Positions 63,986 to 64,000 of a DNA stretch of 64,000 nt are shown in pieces. Position 1 is the first letter of the stretch. Every line of letters begins with the position of its first letter. The notes below the pieces were generated by a model, which saw nothing but the letters and a program-made list of their open reading frames with translations, did no database searches and was not told where the DNA came from. Source of the DNA: the human T2T-CHM13v2.0 reference genome, Homo sapiens. Position numbers and translations under genes: made by a program. The DNA is taken from assembly GCF_009914755.1 (NCBI RefSeq), contig NC_060934.1. One strand, 5' to 3'.

Positions 63986-64000
63986 CTTAACAAGGATGAC

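Overview
This is primate genomic DNA, almost certainly human because it carries an AluYb9-type insertion. It is repeat-rich and I found no intact protein-coding gene, CpG island or structural RNA gene; most ORF-track entries are repeat-derived or chance ORFs. The main landmarks are: (1) a complete two-LTR THE1C MaLR provirus (3009-5318, minus strand); (2) a layered MER102/FLAM/AluJ/AluS nest (14043-15135); (3) a composite L1 (24609-29610) that joins an older L1PA ORF2 segment to a younger L1PA3-5-type 3' portion, with a single probable target-site duplication (TSD) inside an L2; (4) a full-length processed DDX18 pseudogene with poly(A) and a 16-bp TSD (52682-56709), whose 3' UTR holds a near-consensus AluYb9; (5) many older MLT/LTR, L2, MIR, hAT and mariner relics; and (6) a few repeat-free, motif-dense blocks that look like enhancers or CTCF sites. 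I found no convincing novel biological system. The best leads are unusual retrotransposition structures and candidate regulatory elements. Repeat family names come from my recall of consensus sequences, not from a database search, and boundaries of old repeats are approximate.
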